Below, in pieces: positions 46,799 through 56,312 of a stretch of 64,000 nucleotides of DNA; within the stretch, counting starts at the first letter, position 1, and every line of letters starts with the position of its first letter. The notes below the pieces were generated by a model. That model did not search any database. It was not told the DNA's origin and saw only the letters and a program-made list of their open reading frames with translations. Source of the DNA: a virus; IMG/VR virus record IMGVR_UViG_3300033550_000002, positions 15,685 to 79,684 of that record. One strand, written 5' to 3'. Position numbers and translations under genes: made by a program.

Positions 46799-47085
46799 CA
46801 GGCCGTCGCGACCTTCGCCTGGCGGATCTCGGCCAGCTTGGCGATGACCTCCTGCGCCCAGCCGCCGCGCTTCCGGTTCCGCGCGGCACGGCGGAGGCGG
46901 GAGTTCAGCGTGTTCAGGGCGGCCGAGTCGTTGTAGTCGTACCGGCTGGCGATGTCCTTGACGAGGCCGATCAGGTTGTCGGTCGCCTCACGGGACAGGC
47001 CCATCGTCAGGAGGACTGCGGCGGTCTCGAAGCCGACCGGCTTCACCTTGCCGTTGCGACCGTTCTCGATGATCGTGGTGGCCAT
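46798..47085 (-). CDS. hypothetical protein
   Basis: AAGGGG RBS; first gene of leftward block. Confidence 0.6.
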   Translation of the reverse strand: MATTIIENGRNGKVKPVGFETAAVLLTMGLSREATDNLIGLVKDIASRYDYNDSAALNTLNSRLRRAARNRKRGGWAQEVIAKLAEIRQAKVATA

Positions 47086-47204
47086 GTTCTTCCCCTTTTC
47101 CGAAGCCGCCTTTTCGGCGTTGAGACCACTCTTTCAGAAAGTGGCCCAGGCCGTCAAGCGTGCCTGGTGACGCTATGATTGACGGAAGGAAAGGAGGTGG
47201 TGGG

Positions 47205-47666
47205 GTGACGGGAGACCTTCACGAGCAGATCCAGATCCCGGCCGACTGGCCCCTCACGGAAGAACCGGTCACCGAACCCAGGGCCGGACCCGAGGGTCGG
47301 CTCTCGTTCACCCAGGTCCCCGACTGGGTGATCATCTGCGAGCGCATAAACGCAACGGCCTTCAGGCTGTGGAGTGTTCTGCGGTCGATGCAGTTCGAGA
47401 ACGAGGGGCCCGGGATACCCCCGCTGACGCTCGACGAGGTCTGCTGGCTGCTGCCGGGGATCAACGGGAAGCCGACGTCGAAGTCCCGGGCCAGGCAGGC
47501 GCTGGACGACCTGCTCGAAGAGGGGATTCTGGAGGACGTCAGCGAGCCGGGGCTCGGGCGGGCTGCCGCCCGGAGCTATGTCACGCACGACCGGCCGGTG
47601 AAGTCCCTCGGGCACAGCAGTGCACGCAGGAAGCTGCGAAGGTACTGGCCGGGCTGGCGCAAGTAA
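47205..47666 (+). CDS. winged-HTH protein resembling replication-initiator N-domain
   Basis: FTQVPDWV....INATAFRLW..L...SKSRARQALDDLLEEG; AGGAGG RBS. Confidence 0.65.
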   Translation: MTGDLHEQIQIPADWPLTEEPVTEPRAGPEGRLSFTQVPDWVIICERINATAFRLWSVLRSMQFENEGPGIPPLTLDEVCWLLPGINGKPTSKSRARQALDDLLEEGILEDVSEPGLGRAAARSYVTHDRPVKSLGHSSARRKLRRYWPGWRK

Positions 47667-47827
47667 CAGAACAGCCGCCCCTCCGGCGGGGGGGATACCG
47701 GAGGTGCGGCTGCCTGGAGCCGGGCTCCTCGGCTCTCCCTCAAAAGGTACAGGGAGAGTCGGGGATTCGCAGCAGGAACCTCTGAACTTCCTCAAGCCGG
47801 GTTCCAGTCCGGCCGCGACGGGAGAAG

Positions 47828-48049
47828 ATGCCAGGCATGACACTCAAGAAGAAGCCGCAGCAGGCGGCCAAGAAGAAGCCCGGCTCCTCCTCGACCGCGC
47901 AGACTCCCGCGTCGTCGCCGTTCGACATCCTCCAGTCCGCCGCGTCGAACGGCTCCTACACCTCGTCCTCCTGCGACAGCGGTTCCAGCTCCAGCTCGTG
48001 CGACAGCGGCTCCAGCTCCTCGTCGAGCTGCGACAGCGGCGGGTTCTGA
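47828..48049 (+). CDS. small Ser-rich peptide with three SCDSG repeats
   Basis: GC-rich third positions; three tgcgacagcgg repeats. Confidence 0.55.
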   Translation: MPGMTLKKKPQQAAKKKPGSSSTAQTPASSPFDILQSAASNGSYTSSSCDSGSSSSSCDSGSSSSSSCDSGGF

Positions 48050-48050
48050 C

Positions 48051-51000
48051 TCAGAACGTGAACACGTTGCTGAAGTACGGCGTCGTCGCCGGGTCCGTCA
48101 CCGAGCCCGGCGACAGGTGCCAGTACCGGCCCCGGTAGGTCGTGTCGTTGAAGTTCACCGTGTACGGCCCGACGTCGGTCCGGCTGGCCGAGATGCCCGT
48201 CGGCGTCACCGAGACCTCGAAGGTCATGGGGACTCCGGCGACCGGAGCCACCGTCGTCGTGGTGGCGAGCTGCGTCCCGGTGGTGACCCCGGCGGTGTGC
48301 CGGTAGAGCTGGAGATCGCCGTTGGCCCGGAAGACCACGTGGTAGCCGCCGGAGTCATTGGCCCCGCTGAAGACGTACGCAGTGTCGTCCGGCTTGCCGA
48401 AGGCGATGCCGGAGTGCAGCGTCGAGACGCCGGGCAGGACGTCCCAGGTCATCGTGAAGGCGATGGTGTACGTTCCGGCCGCCTGGGCCGTGCTGACCCG
48501 GTGGCCGCCCATCAGGACCGCGTTGTTCGGGATCTGGGTGATGAACATCCGCTGCGAGGAGTCGTACTTCAGCGCGTAGTCCGCGTCGTACGGAGCGACG
48601 CCGATCGTGCCGGGGGTCTTGACCTTCGTCCACGCCTGGACGCCCTGCATGGACTTCTGGTTGTTCAGGTAGATCCACTCGGCTTCCATCAGGCCCTCGA
48701 CGCCGAGCCCGACCAGCCGGGTCACGTCGGCGTGCCGGTGCACCGACCAGACGATCACGGTCTTGCCCCGGTTCACGACCTCGGTGATCTTCGCGTCGGT
48801 CGCCGCGAGCGGCACGCCCCACCAATCCACGTTGGCGTCGACCGAGTCCATCTGGCCCGAGGTCGTGCCGACGTCGATGTAGGCCCAGGTCGTGAAGCCG
48901 TTCGCCTTGGCCCAGGCGAAGCTGCCCGAGAGGTAGTAGTTCTTCCAGACCACCGAGTTCTGGCAGCCGGGGTACTGCCCCAGCAGGATGTCCTGGAGGA
49001 TCGGGATGGAGTCGTTGTCCTTCCCCTCCAGGAAGATCACGACCTTGCCCACGAACCGGTCGAGGACGTCCGAGATCGTCGGCAGGGGCTGGTTGGACCA
49101 GCCGTCGCCGAGAAGACCCTGCGCCCGGACCTTGATGACCTCGCTGAGCTGCGAGTACGTGTAGTCGCCGATCCCCTCGGTCGGGACGCCGCTCATCCGC
49201 ATCAGGTCGGTGTCGTGGTAGCAGACCGGGATGCCGTCGGCCGTCACCTGGACCGACACCTCGATGGCCATCGCCCCGGCCGCCACCGCGCCCTCGTACG
49301 CGACCATGGTGTGTTCGGGGAACTCGCCGCCGGAGCCCCGGTGGGCGATCGTGAACGGGTTGTTCGAGGTGAGGTCGGCGATCGTCACGCCGCCGCCCTC
49401 GGTGATCACGTACGCCTGGGTGTACCAGTTGCCGCCCTGCGGGACCATCGTGATCGATTCCCAGGGGACCCGCAGGACGAACGTCAGTGCGCCGTCGATG
49501 GTCTGCGACCCGTTGGCGTCCACCGTCACGAAGTTCTGGCTGAAGTCGATCTTCTTGACGGTGATCGGGTCGGTCCGGCCGACCGCCGTCGGCAGCGTGA
49601 TCGTGATCGCGGCCGAGTTGGCGTTGCCCAGGATCACCTCGTCGAAGGCGTTCGCCGTGTAGTTCGCGGTCTTCACGACCGACTGGAACGTGAGCTGGCT
49701 GTTGCGGATGCGCAGCCCCGTCGGGGAGTCCAGTAGCAGGCCGGAGGCCGTGAAGGGCCCCGCCAGCACGACCTCGCCCCGGGCCGCCGCCAGACCGGCC
49801 CCGCTGTTGGAGTCGCCGAAGCGCGGGGCGGTGGAGTTCGTGCCGATCTCCAGGAACAGGGTCGGCCCGAGGCTTCCGGAGCCGGTGCCGAAGATGTAGA
49901 TCAGGTACGTGCAGTTGTCCACCGAGACCAGGGACCCGATGACGGGGTAGCGGGCGGCGTCCGACCCGAGGTAGAAGCCGGAGACCGACAGGCCGACGTA
50001 GCAGTACCGGACCCGCAGGCCGTGGATGTCGGTCCGCTCGGTGAGCAGGACGCCGTACTTGTAGCCGCCGCCGCAGGTGACGTTCTCGATCAGGATGCTG
50101 CCGTTGCCGCCGTTCGCCGGGAGGAGCAGGCCGATGGCGTTTCCGGCGGAGAGGCTGTTGACGTCCGCGTAGCTGGAGCCGGGGGCCGCGATCGTTCCGG
50201 CGGTGGCGTACAGGACGTCGCGGATCTGGAGGTTGGCGACGCCGGAGAAGTCCATCGCCGTGTACGTCAGCGCGAAGTCGGAGTGGCACGTCAGGATCGA
50301 CAGGTCGTGGATCTCGACCGAGAGGTTCGAGTACAGACCCGCCGTCACGCCGAATCCGCTGAGCTGGTTCGGACCACCGATGACGCAGGGGTTGCCGTTG
50401 GCGTTGATGTTGTTCGTCTGGTCGGTCCCGCTGGCGAACAGACCGAAGGAGACCAGGGTCGAGCCGGTCGCGTTCGGGAGTGCCTGGTCCGGGCGCTGGG
50501 AACCGGCACCGGTCTGCGATCCGGAGATCCGCAGGGTCATCCGGCGGCCGGAGGTCGGGATGGCCGGGAGCGAGATCTGGGCGTTGCCGAGGGCACCGGT
50601 GTTCAGTGCCCCCGCGATGCCGTAGAAGGCACCGGGGGCGGGCGGGATGTGCACCGTGGCCGAGTAGGAGTGCCCGATCGCGTACAGCACGGCCGCGTTC
50701 ACGGCGGCCTGAATGGCGGCCGTGTCGTCCGTGGCCCACATCGCCACACCGGAGGTCACGGTAGTCAGGGCGGGGGTGGCGAGGGTGACCTCGGTGGCGC
50801 TGACGTACGTCGAGATGGTGGTCGACAGGGTCCGGCTGGAGGTGCCCGCCTTCAGGATCATGATGGGCTTGCCCGCGTCGCCGGGGACGAAGGGTGCGCT
50901 GGAGCAGGTCAGCGATGCGGTTCCGCTGGTGATCGCGGCGTTGGACACCATCTTGCCGTCGCCGACCGCGCCGTACTCGAAGACGTTGAAGGCGTCCGGC

Positions 51001-53120
51001 GGCGCGTCCCGCGTGGCCATGGAGCCGAGGCCCAGGTTGGTGCGGGCGGCCGGGGGATCGGTCAGCTCCGAGAGGTTGTTGCTCGCCTGGAGCAGGGCGG
51101 GTCCCGCCGTGGTGGAGTCCGTGATCAGGCCGAGGTTGGCCAGGCTCGCGAGCAGGTCCGTGAGGGCCGCGCCCGAGGTCCGCTCCCCGGTGATCTCCTG
51201 CTTGGCGATGGCGGTCGCGCCGTGGAACCCGAGCAGGTTGGACGCCCCGTCGAGCGTGTGGACGGGCGCGTTGGAGGGGGCGTCGGTGAACTCCCAGCGG
51301 CCGATCGCGTGCGCGAGCTGGAGGGCGTTCTCAAGCTGGAGGTACGGGAAGAGGGTTCCCGAGAAGCCGCCGAGTTCGTAGACCGACAGGTTCAGGTCCG
51401 CGCCGGAGCCCTGGATGTCGAGTTCCGTACCCGACTGCCGCAGCCGGATGCCCTTCGCGAGTTCCTGGCCGATCATCAGGTCGGTGTTGATGAAACCCAT
51501 CAGACCTGCGGCGACGCGGCTCAGCTCGGAGTCGAGAGCGCCCGTGCCGGGGCCCCACAGGTGCGAGCCGTCCGCGAGGGCGCGGTAGCGCTCGAAGGCG
51601 TTGCCGGTCACCTGGAAGAGGTGGGCGACGGAGCCGGGGTCGCCGAGAAGGCTGCCGATCGTGCCGGTGAAGGTGTCTCCGGCGAGCTTGGCGTAGAGCG
51701 TCAGCGGGTCGGAGCCGGAGGACGGCCCGACACCGAACTTGGCCGCCTGGACCACCACGGCCTGCGTCGAGTCGGAGAGGTTGGTGGCGTTCTTCTTGAC
51801 GGCGATGAAGGCGGCCAGGATGCCCTGGCCAGGCAGGGCCGGGTTGGTGACATAGGAGGCCCGGCCCATTGCGTTCACGGCCGCGTCGAGGTTCGGGTAG
51901 ACGGTCTGCCCGTACTGGAGGACGTGGATCTCCGAGCCGTCATTGGTCGGGAAGATCCAGAGCCGGTGGACGACCGAGGAGTTCGCCCCGCCGCCGATGG
52001 CCGTCAGGACGCCGTTGTTGTCGTACTGGGTGACGTTGATCGCCGTACTGGGTGCTGTGGTCAGCAGTGCAGTGTTGCGGAGCAGGTGAATCCAGGAGGC
52101 CGGGGACTCGCCGACGGTGTCGATGATGTGCGGGTTGTTCGTCAGCGCCGCGCCGTTGTAGTGGCCCCAGGCCCGGGAGAACATACGGCCGGGGGCGTGG
52201 TTCAGGAAGAGGTTCGTGCCGTTCGGGACGATCTCGTTGCCGGTGATGTTGAACGCGCCGATGGAGTCGATCAGGTCCGCGAGCTGGTTGCCGACCTGCG
52301 GGGCGATGATGGGCAGCGACTGCGCCAGGAAGATGCTGCTTCCGGTCTGCGCCGTGACGCCGAGCACGATGAACTGGCGTCGCTCCTCCGGGGACGGCCG
52401 CGCCTCCTGCTGGTAGACAGTCAGGTTCTCGTCCATCAGCCACCACGTGATCGTGCGGGTGAGCGCCGGGGCGTCCAGGGCTACGGTCAGGGGGCTGTTG
52501 AGCTGGACCGGCGTGATGGTGATCGGCTGCGTGAGGATGTCGACAATGTGCCCCTGGAAGGGGTTGATCGTGATCGCGAGCGGGTTGCCGACGGCCACGG
52601 AGATGTCGCCCCCGGTGAGGATGCCCGTCGTCAGGCCGTCGCCGCTGCCGGGCTCGCCCATCGGCCCCTGCGGACCCGGGCCGCCGTCGGGCCCCGGAGG
52701 ACCAGCGGGACCGGGCGGACCGGGCGGGCCGTCAGCCCCGGGGACGGGAACGTAGGGGGTCCCGGCGATGTCGGAGGAGACGATGTCCGTGATGTCGATG
52801 TCGCTGCCGTCGCCGACGGGCAGGAAGAAGTACTGCGTATACCAGACTCCTGCCACGAATTGCCGGAACTTCCACAGTCGGCCCTCGGTCGGCTCGACGC
52901 CTTCCGCGTCGGTGCAGACGAGGGTTTCCGCGAAGGAGCCGTCGGCCTCCAGGGTGACCTTTCCGCCGCCGACGAGAATCTGGTTTCCGTCCTTGTCGGT
53001 CCAGCGGGCGGGCACCGGCTCGAAGATGACGTAGTGGTCACCGTTCGTGCCGTCGTACGGCTCACCGGTCACCGGGTTCGTGTACAGGCCGGTAACGGTT
53101 CGTTCCGTGGGCAGCGGCAT
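48051..53120 (-). CDS. large tail-fibre/receptor-binding-type protein with collagen repeat, beta-helix and glycerophosphodiester phosphodiesterase domain
   Basis: GPPGPPGPAGPP; FNVFEYGAVGDG...DDTAAIQAAVNAA; IAHRG..GEFPEHT...EVSVQVTADG..VCYHD; AAGGAGG RBS. Confidence 0.8.
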   Translation of the reverse strand: MPLPTERTVTGLYTNPVTGEPYDGTNGDHYVIFEPVPARWTDKDGNQILVGGGKVTLEADGSFAETLVCTDAEGVEPTEGRLWKFRQFVAGVWYTQYFFLPVGDGSDIDITDIVSSDIAGTPYVPVPGADGPPGPPGPAGPPGPDGGPGPQGPMGEPGSGDGLTTGILTGGDISVAVGNPLAITINPFQGHIVDILTQPITITPVQLNSPLTVALDAPALTRTITWWLMDENLTVYQQEARPSPEERRQFIVLGVTAQTGSSIFLAQSLPIIAPQVGNQLADLIDSIGAFNITGNEIVPNGTNLFLNHAPGRMFSRAWGHYNGAALTNNPHIIDTVGESPASWIHLLRNTALLTTAPSTAINVTQYDNNGVLTAIGGGANSSVVHRLWIFPTNDGSEIHVLQYGQTVYPNLDAAVNAMGRASYVTNPALPGQGILAAFIAVKKNATNLSDSTQAVVVQAAKFGVGPSSGSDPLTLYAKLAGDTFTGTIGSLLGDPGSVAHLFQVTGNAFERYRALADGSHLWGPGTGALDSELSRVAAGLMGFINTDLMIGQELAKGIRLRQSGTELDIQGSGADLNLSVYELGGFSGTLFPYLQLENALQLAHAIGRWEFTDAPSNAPVHTLDGASNLLGFHGATAIAKQEITGERTSGAALTDLLASLANLGLITDSTTAGPALLQASNNLSELTDPPAARTNLGLGSMATRDAPPDAFNVFEYGAVGDGKMVSNAAITSGTASLTCSSAPFVPGDAGKPIMILKAGTSSRTLSTTISTYVSATEVTLATPALTTVTSGVAMWATDDTAAIQAAVNAAVLYAIGHSYSATVHIPPAPGAFYGIAGALNTGALGNAQISLPAIPTSGRRMTLRISGSQTGAGSQRPDQALPNATGSTLVSFGLFASGTDQTNNINANGNPCVIGGPNQLSGFGVTAGLYSNLSVEIHDLSILTCHSDFALTYTAMDFSGVANLQIRDVLYATAGTIAAPGSSYADVNSLSAGNAIGLLLPANGGNGSILIENVTCGGGYKYGVLLTERTDIHGLRVRYCYVGLSVSGFYLGSDAARYPVIGSLVSVDNCTYLIYIFGTGSGSLGPTLFLEIGTNSTAPRFGDSNSGAGLAAARGEVVLAGPFTASGLLLDSPTGLRIRNSQLTFQSVVKTANYTANAFDEVILGNANSAAITITLPTAVGRTDPITVKKIDFSQNFVTVDANGSQTIDGALTFVLRVPWESITMVPQGGNWYTQAYVITEGGGVTIADLTSNNPFTIAHRGSGGEFPEHTMVAYEGAVAAGAMAIEVSVQVTADGIPVCYHDTDLMRMSGVPTEGIGDYTYSQLSEVIKVRAQGLLGDGWSNQPLPTISDVLDRFVGKVVIFLEGKDNDSIPILQDILLGQYPGCQNSVVWKNYYLSGSFAWAKANGFTTWAYIDVGTTSGQMDSVDANVDWWGVPLAATDAKITEVVNRGKTVIVWSVHRHADVTRLVGLGVEGLMEAEWIYLNNQKSMQGVQAWTKVKTPGTIGVAPYDADYALKYDSSQRMFITQIPNNAVLMGGHRVSTAQAAGTYTIAFTMTWDVLPGVSTLHSGIAFGKPDDTAYVFSGANDSGGYHVVFRANGDLQLYRHTAGVTTGTQLATTTTVAPVAGVPMTFEVSVTPTGISASRTDVGPYTVNFNDTTYRGRYWHLSPGSVTDPATTPYFSNVFTF

Positions 53121-53303
53121 CGGACCTCCTTCTCGGTGAGGCCAGATTACGGCGAAGCCCCCGGCCGCCGGAACCAAGAACACCCCGCCTTGCGGTCACC
53201 CGGCTTCAGCGCGGGCTCCTACGGCGGGGTGTTCGGGGGGATCTCTCGTTGCCGAGAGGTCACCAGACTAGCGAACTTGCGACAGTGATCGCAAGGTTGA
53301 GGC

Positions 53304-54338
53304 TCAGACCATCAGCAGCAGGCGCGTGCCGGGGATCAGCTTCCGGTTGACGCTCGTCGACTGGATGAAGATCTGGTAGTCGGGGTTGTGGCCCGGCTTC
53401 ACGGTCGTGTTCACGTCGGGCAGGCCGACCAGCCTGCGGGCGTCCTGCCCGAGGAAGACGCGGTCGGTCTTCTTCTCCACCACGGCGATCTGCTTGGTGC
53501 CCTGGACGGTCTCGCGCTTCGACAGCTCGTAGAACGCGCAGCCGGTCGCGTAGCGGTAGCCCGCGCGGATCACGAAGTCGCGGATCTGCATCTGCTCGTC
53601 GACCGGGATGAGCTTGTACGAGGCGGCCGGGATGTGCTGGAGCGTGGAGTGCACGTCGGCGGCCGTCAGCTCCTCGCCCATCGAGAAGAGGTTCTTGGTG
53701 CCGCGCAGGCCGCTCTTGCGGGCCTGCATGAAGGTGTCGGTGGCGCGCTGGATGGTGCTGACGGCCTCGTTCAGACCGGCGGAGGAGTTCACGTTCCAGG
53801 TGGTGACGTTCTGGGCCGGGAAGCCGAAGCGCTTGGCCTCGTGCGCGGCACGCATGTCGGGAACGAGGACGCCGACGGTCCAGTGGTCGGGGAGCTTGGC
53901 GAGGGTGGTGGAGATCCGGTCCATCAGCGACCGGGCCCCCATGCTGCCGTAGCCGCCGTACGAGGCGTTCTCCATGCCGTCGGTGAGGACGAACGTCAGG
54001 AAGGAGTGCTCGCCGTAGCCCTCCCAGACGTGTCCCAGGTCTTCCTGGGACTTGCAGACGGCCTCGACGAGCGCCGTCATGCCGCCGGGCCGGTAGTAGT
54101 CGCCGATCTTCGGGAGCCGCAGAACGTCCTTGTCGTAGATCACGCACTCGACCTGGTCGCTGAAGGTGTAGACCGAGACACGGGTCTCCTGGTCCAGCTC
54201 CTTGGAGCGCTGCGCGAGGTAGGCGATCTGCTCCTCGACGACCTTCACGAGCTGGCCTCGGTGGCCCGACATCGACGCGGAGGCGTCGAGCACCAGGGCG
54301 ACGTGGTTGATCTGGTTCTGCGTGTGCTTGGCGGCCAT
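53304..54338 (-). CDS. vWA domain protein
   Basis: MIDAS LVLDASASM, GGMTAL, VLTDGMENAS. Confidence 0.85.
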   Translation of the reverse strand: MAAKHTQNQINHVALVLDASASMSGHRGQLVKVVEEQIAYLAQRSKELDQETRVSVYTFSDQVECVIYDKDVLRLPKIGDYYRPGGMTALVEAVCKSQEDLGHVWEGYGEHSFLTFVLTDGMENASYGGYGSMGARSLMDRISTTLAKLPDHWTVGVLVPDMRAAHEAKRFGFPAQNVTTWNVNSSAGLNEAVSTIQRATDTFMQARKSGLRGTKNLFSMGEELTAADVHSTLQHIPAASYKLIPVDEQMQIRDFVIRAGYRYATGCAFYELSKRETVQGTKQIAVVEKKTDRVFLGQDARRLVGLPDVNTTVKPGHNPDYQIFIQSTSVNRKLIPGTRLLLMV

Positions 54339-54516
54339 CTTTTCTTCTCCGTGATCCTGTGTGTTTTGTGCGGGGTCTCGTGTCTCGTCTTCTTGTGGTT
54401 CCCACGCTATCAGCCCCCACTGACAATCGCCCTGACCTGCACGGATATCCGGCAGAGCGGTAGGCGTGTGGCAGACTCCTGTGGAGCAGGATCAGGAGCG
54501 GTCGAGGAGGCCCGGC

Positions 54517-55464
54517 GTGGCAAAGTACGGTCTGACAGGTGGTCAGGGGTTCATCGGTGGCTGGGTGCGCAGGGAACTGCTCCGGCGCGGCCACCAGGTG
54601 GTCGTCTTCGACCGCTACCCGCGCACGGCGATGGCCGAGGGGGAGGACTTCTACCTCGGCGACGTGCAGGACGCGACGGCGGTCACCGAGATGGCGGCGC
54701 ACGTGGACGGAATCATCCACCTCGCGGCCGTCCTCGGCACGCAGGAGACGATCCAGAATCCCCGCCCGTCGGCGGCCACGAACATCCTGGGGAGCCTCAA
54801 CGTCCTGGAGGCGGCCGTCCAGTACGACCTTCCCGTGGTCTACGCAGGCGTCGGGAACTCCTTCATGCGGGAGATGGCGACCGGCTCGTACACCATCTCG
54901 AAGACGTGCGTGGAGGACTACGTGCGCATGTACAACGCCTACCGGGGTGGCCGGATCTCGGTGGTGCGCCCGGTCAACGCCTACGGCCCCGGCCAGTCCG
55001 TGGCCGCGCCGTACGGGCCGAGCAAGGTCCGCAAGATCCTCCCCGCGTTCACCTGCCGCGCCCTGACCGGGACCGACATCGAGGTGTACGGCGACGGCAC
55101 CCAGGTCTCCGACTGCGTCTGGGTCGGCGACGTCGCGCGCACCTTCGTCTCCGCCCTGGAGCACACGGCGGCCAACGGACCGCTGGAGAAGGCGGCCGAG
55201 GTCGGCCCGGTCGAGTCCGCCACGGTCAACGACGTGGCCCGGCTGGTCGCCGAGGAGGCGGCCATCGCGACGGGCCGCGAGCCGGTCGGCATCACGCACC
55301 TGCCGATGCGGCCCGGCGAGGTGCCGAACGCCGTCGTCCGCTCGGATGTCTCGACTCTCGAACCGCTCGGGATCGACGCGAACGGCTTCGTCTCGCTGGA
55401 GGAGGGCGTGAAGCGGACCGTCATCTGGCTGGCCGAGAGCTGGCTGCCGGGGTGGAACGCCTGA
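54517..55464 (+). CDS. NAD-dependent nucleotide-sugar epimerase/dehydratase
   Basis: TGGQGFIG, IIHLAA, YTISK, NAYGPGQ, YGDGTQ..D, RPGEV. Confidence 0.92.
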   Translation: MAKYGLTGGQGFIGGWVRRELLRRGHQVVVFDRYPRTAMAEGEDFYLGDVQDATAVTEMAAHVDGIIHLAAVLGTQETIQNPRPSAATNILGSLNVLEAAVQYDLPVVYAGVGNSFMREMATGSYTISKTCVEDYVRMYNAYRGGRISVVRPVNAYGPGQSVAAPYGPSKVRKILPAFTCRALTGTDIEVYGDGTQVSDCVWVGDVARTFVSALEHTAANGPLEKAAEVGPVESATVNDVARLVAEEAAIATGREPVGITHLPMRPGEVPNAVVRSDVSTLEPLGIDANGFVSLEEGVKRTVIWLAESWLPGWNA

Positions 55465-56312
55465 TGGACTACGTGATCGTGCCGCTGTGGCGGAGGGCCG
55501 GATTCGCCGAGGCGTGCCTGCGTCGGCTCGGGCTGGCCATGGACGGCGGCGTGCGCGTCCTCGTCTCGGTGGACTGCGGTCACAACGAGGAGACCCTGGC
55601 CGTGGCCGAGCGCTTCGTGCGCGAACGGCCCGGCCGGGCTGCCCTCACCGTGCGGGACGTCGACTACCCGACCGGCTCGTACAACGTCTTCACCGCGATG
55701 CGTGAGGCGCTGGACTGGGTGGGACCCGATGACCTGGTGCACGTCCTAGAAGAGGACATCCTGATCGGCCGGGCCTACTTCGCATACCACCGGCACGCGC
55801 ATCACCTTACCCCCGACGCGTATTCGGTGAGCGGGTGCGAGAACATCTTCCTGGAGGACCACGTCCAGGTGCCGGACTTCCATGACGCCGTCTACCTGTC
55901 GGGCGCGTTCCAGGTCTGGGGGTCCAGCTACCGGCCGGACCGGATCGGGAAGATCCTGTCCCGGCTCCGGCCCGGCTACTTCGAGGACATGGGCAAGGCG
56001 GTGGCGGCCGAGTTCGGCGAGGACAACATGCTGCGCACGGGTGCCCTGTACGACGGCGTGATGGCCAACGACATGGCCCAGCAGGGCCTGCACGTCACCT
56101 TCCCGTTCACCCCGCGCGCCTACCACGCGGGGTTCGAGGGCCTGAGCTACGGCGACGAGGCACTGGCGGGCCCGGCGGACGAGCAGGCCGACGCCATCCT
56201 GGCCATGTCGGGCGAGGAGCTGAAGGCGCGCTGCACGCTGCCCGGGGCGCGGTTCAGGCCGGTCGACCTGGAGCGGCCCCTGGGCGGCGTGCACCAGATC
56301 CTGCCGTTCTAG
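55464..56312 (+). CDS. GT-A fold glycosyltransferase
   Basis: VIVPLWRR, VSVD, HVLEEDI; coupled (TGATG) to epimerase. Confidence 0.7.
   Translation: MDYVIVPLWRRAGFAEACLRRLGLAMDGGVRVLVSVDCGHNEETLAVAERFVRERPGRAALTVRDVDYPTGSYNVFTAMREALDWVGPDDLVHVLEEDILIGRAYFAYHRHAHHLTPDAYSVSGCENIFLEDHVQVPDFHDAVYLSGAFQVWGSSYRPDRIGKILSRLRPGYFEDMGKAVAAEFGEDNMLRTGALYDGVMANDMAQQGLHVTFPFTPRAYHAGFEGLSYGDEALAGPADEQADAILAMSGEELKARCTLPGARFRPVDLERPLGGVHQILPF

Noticed and set aside
52640-52745. GC-rich tandem-like repeat
   Set aside because: Encodes the collagen G-X-Y stretch of the large fibre protein
50022-53288. 1088-aa + strand ORF and similar long antisense ORFs (2121-4100, 4628-7372, 7119-9647, 27779-29983, 38660-41335)
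   Set aside because: Shadow frames of GC-rich genes on the opposite strand, with no motifs
53388-55463. N-terminal two thirds of the 974-aa ORF 53388-56312
   Set aside because: Overlaps the vWA and epimerase genes; only 55464-56312 has a coupled start and GT motifs
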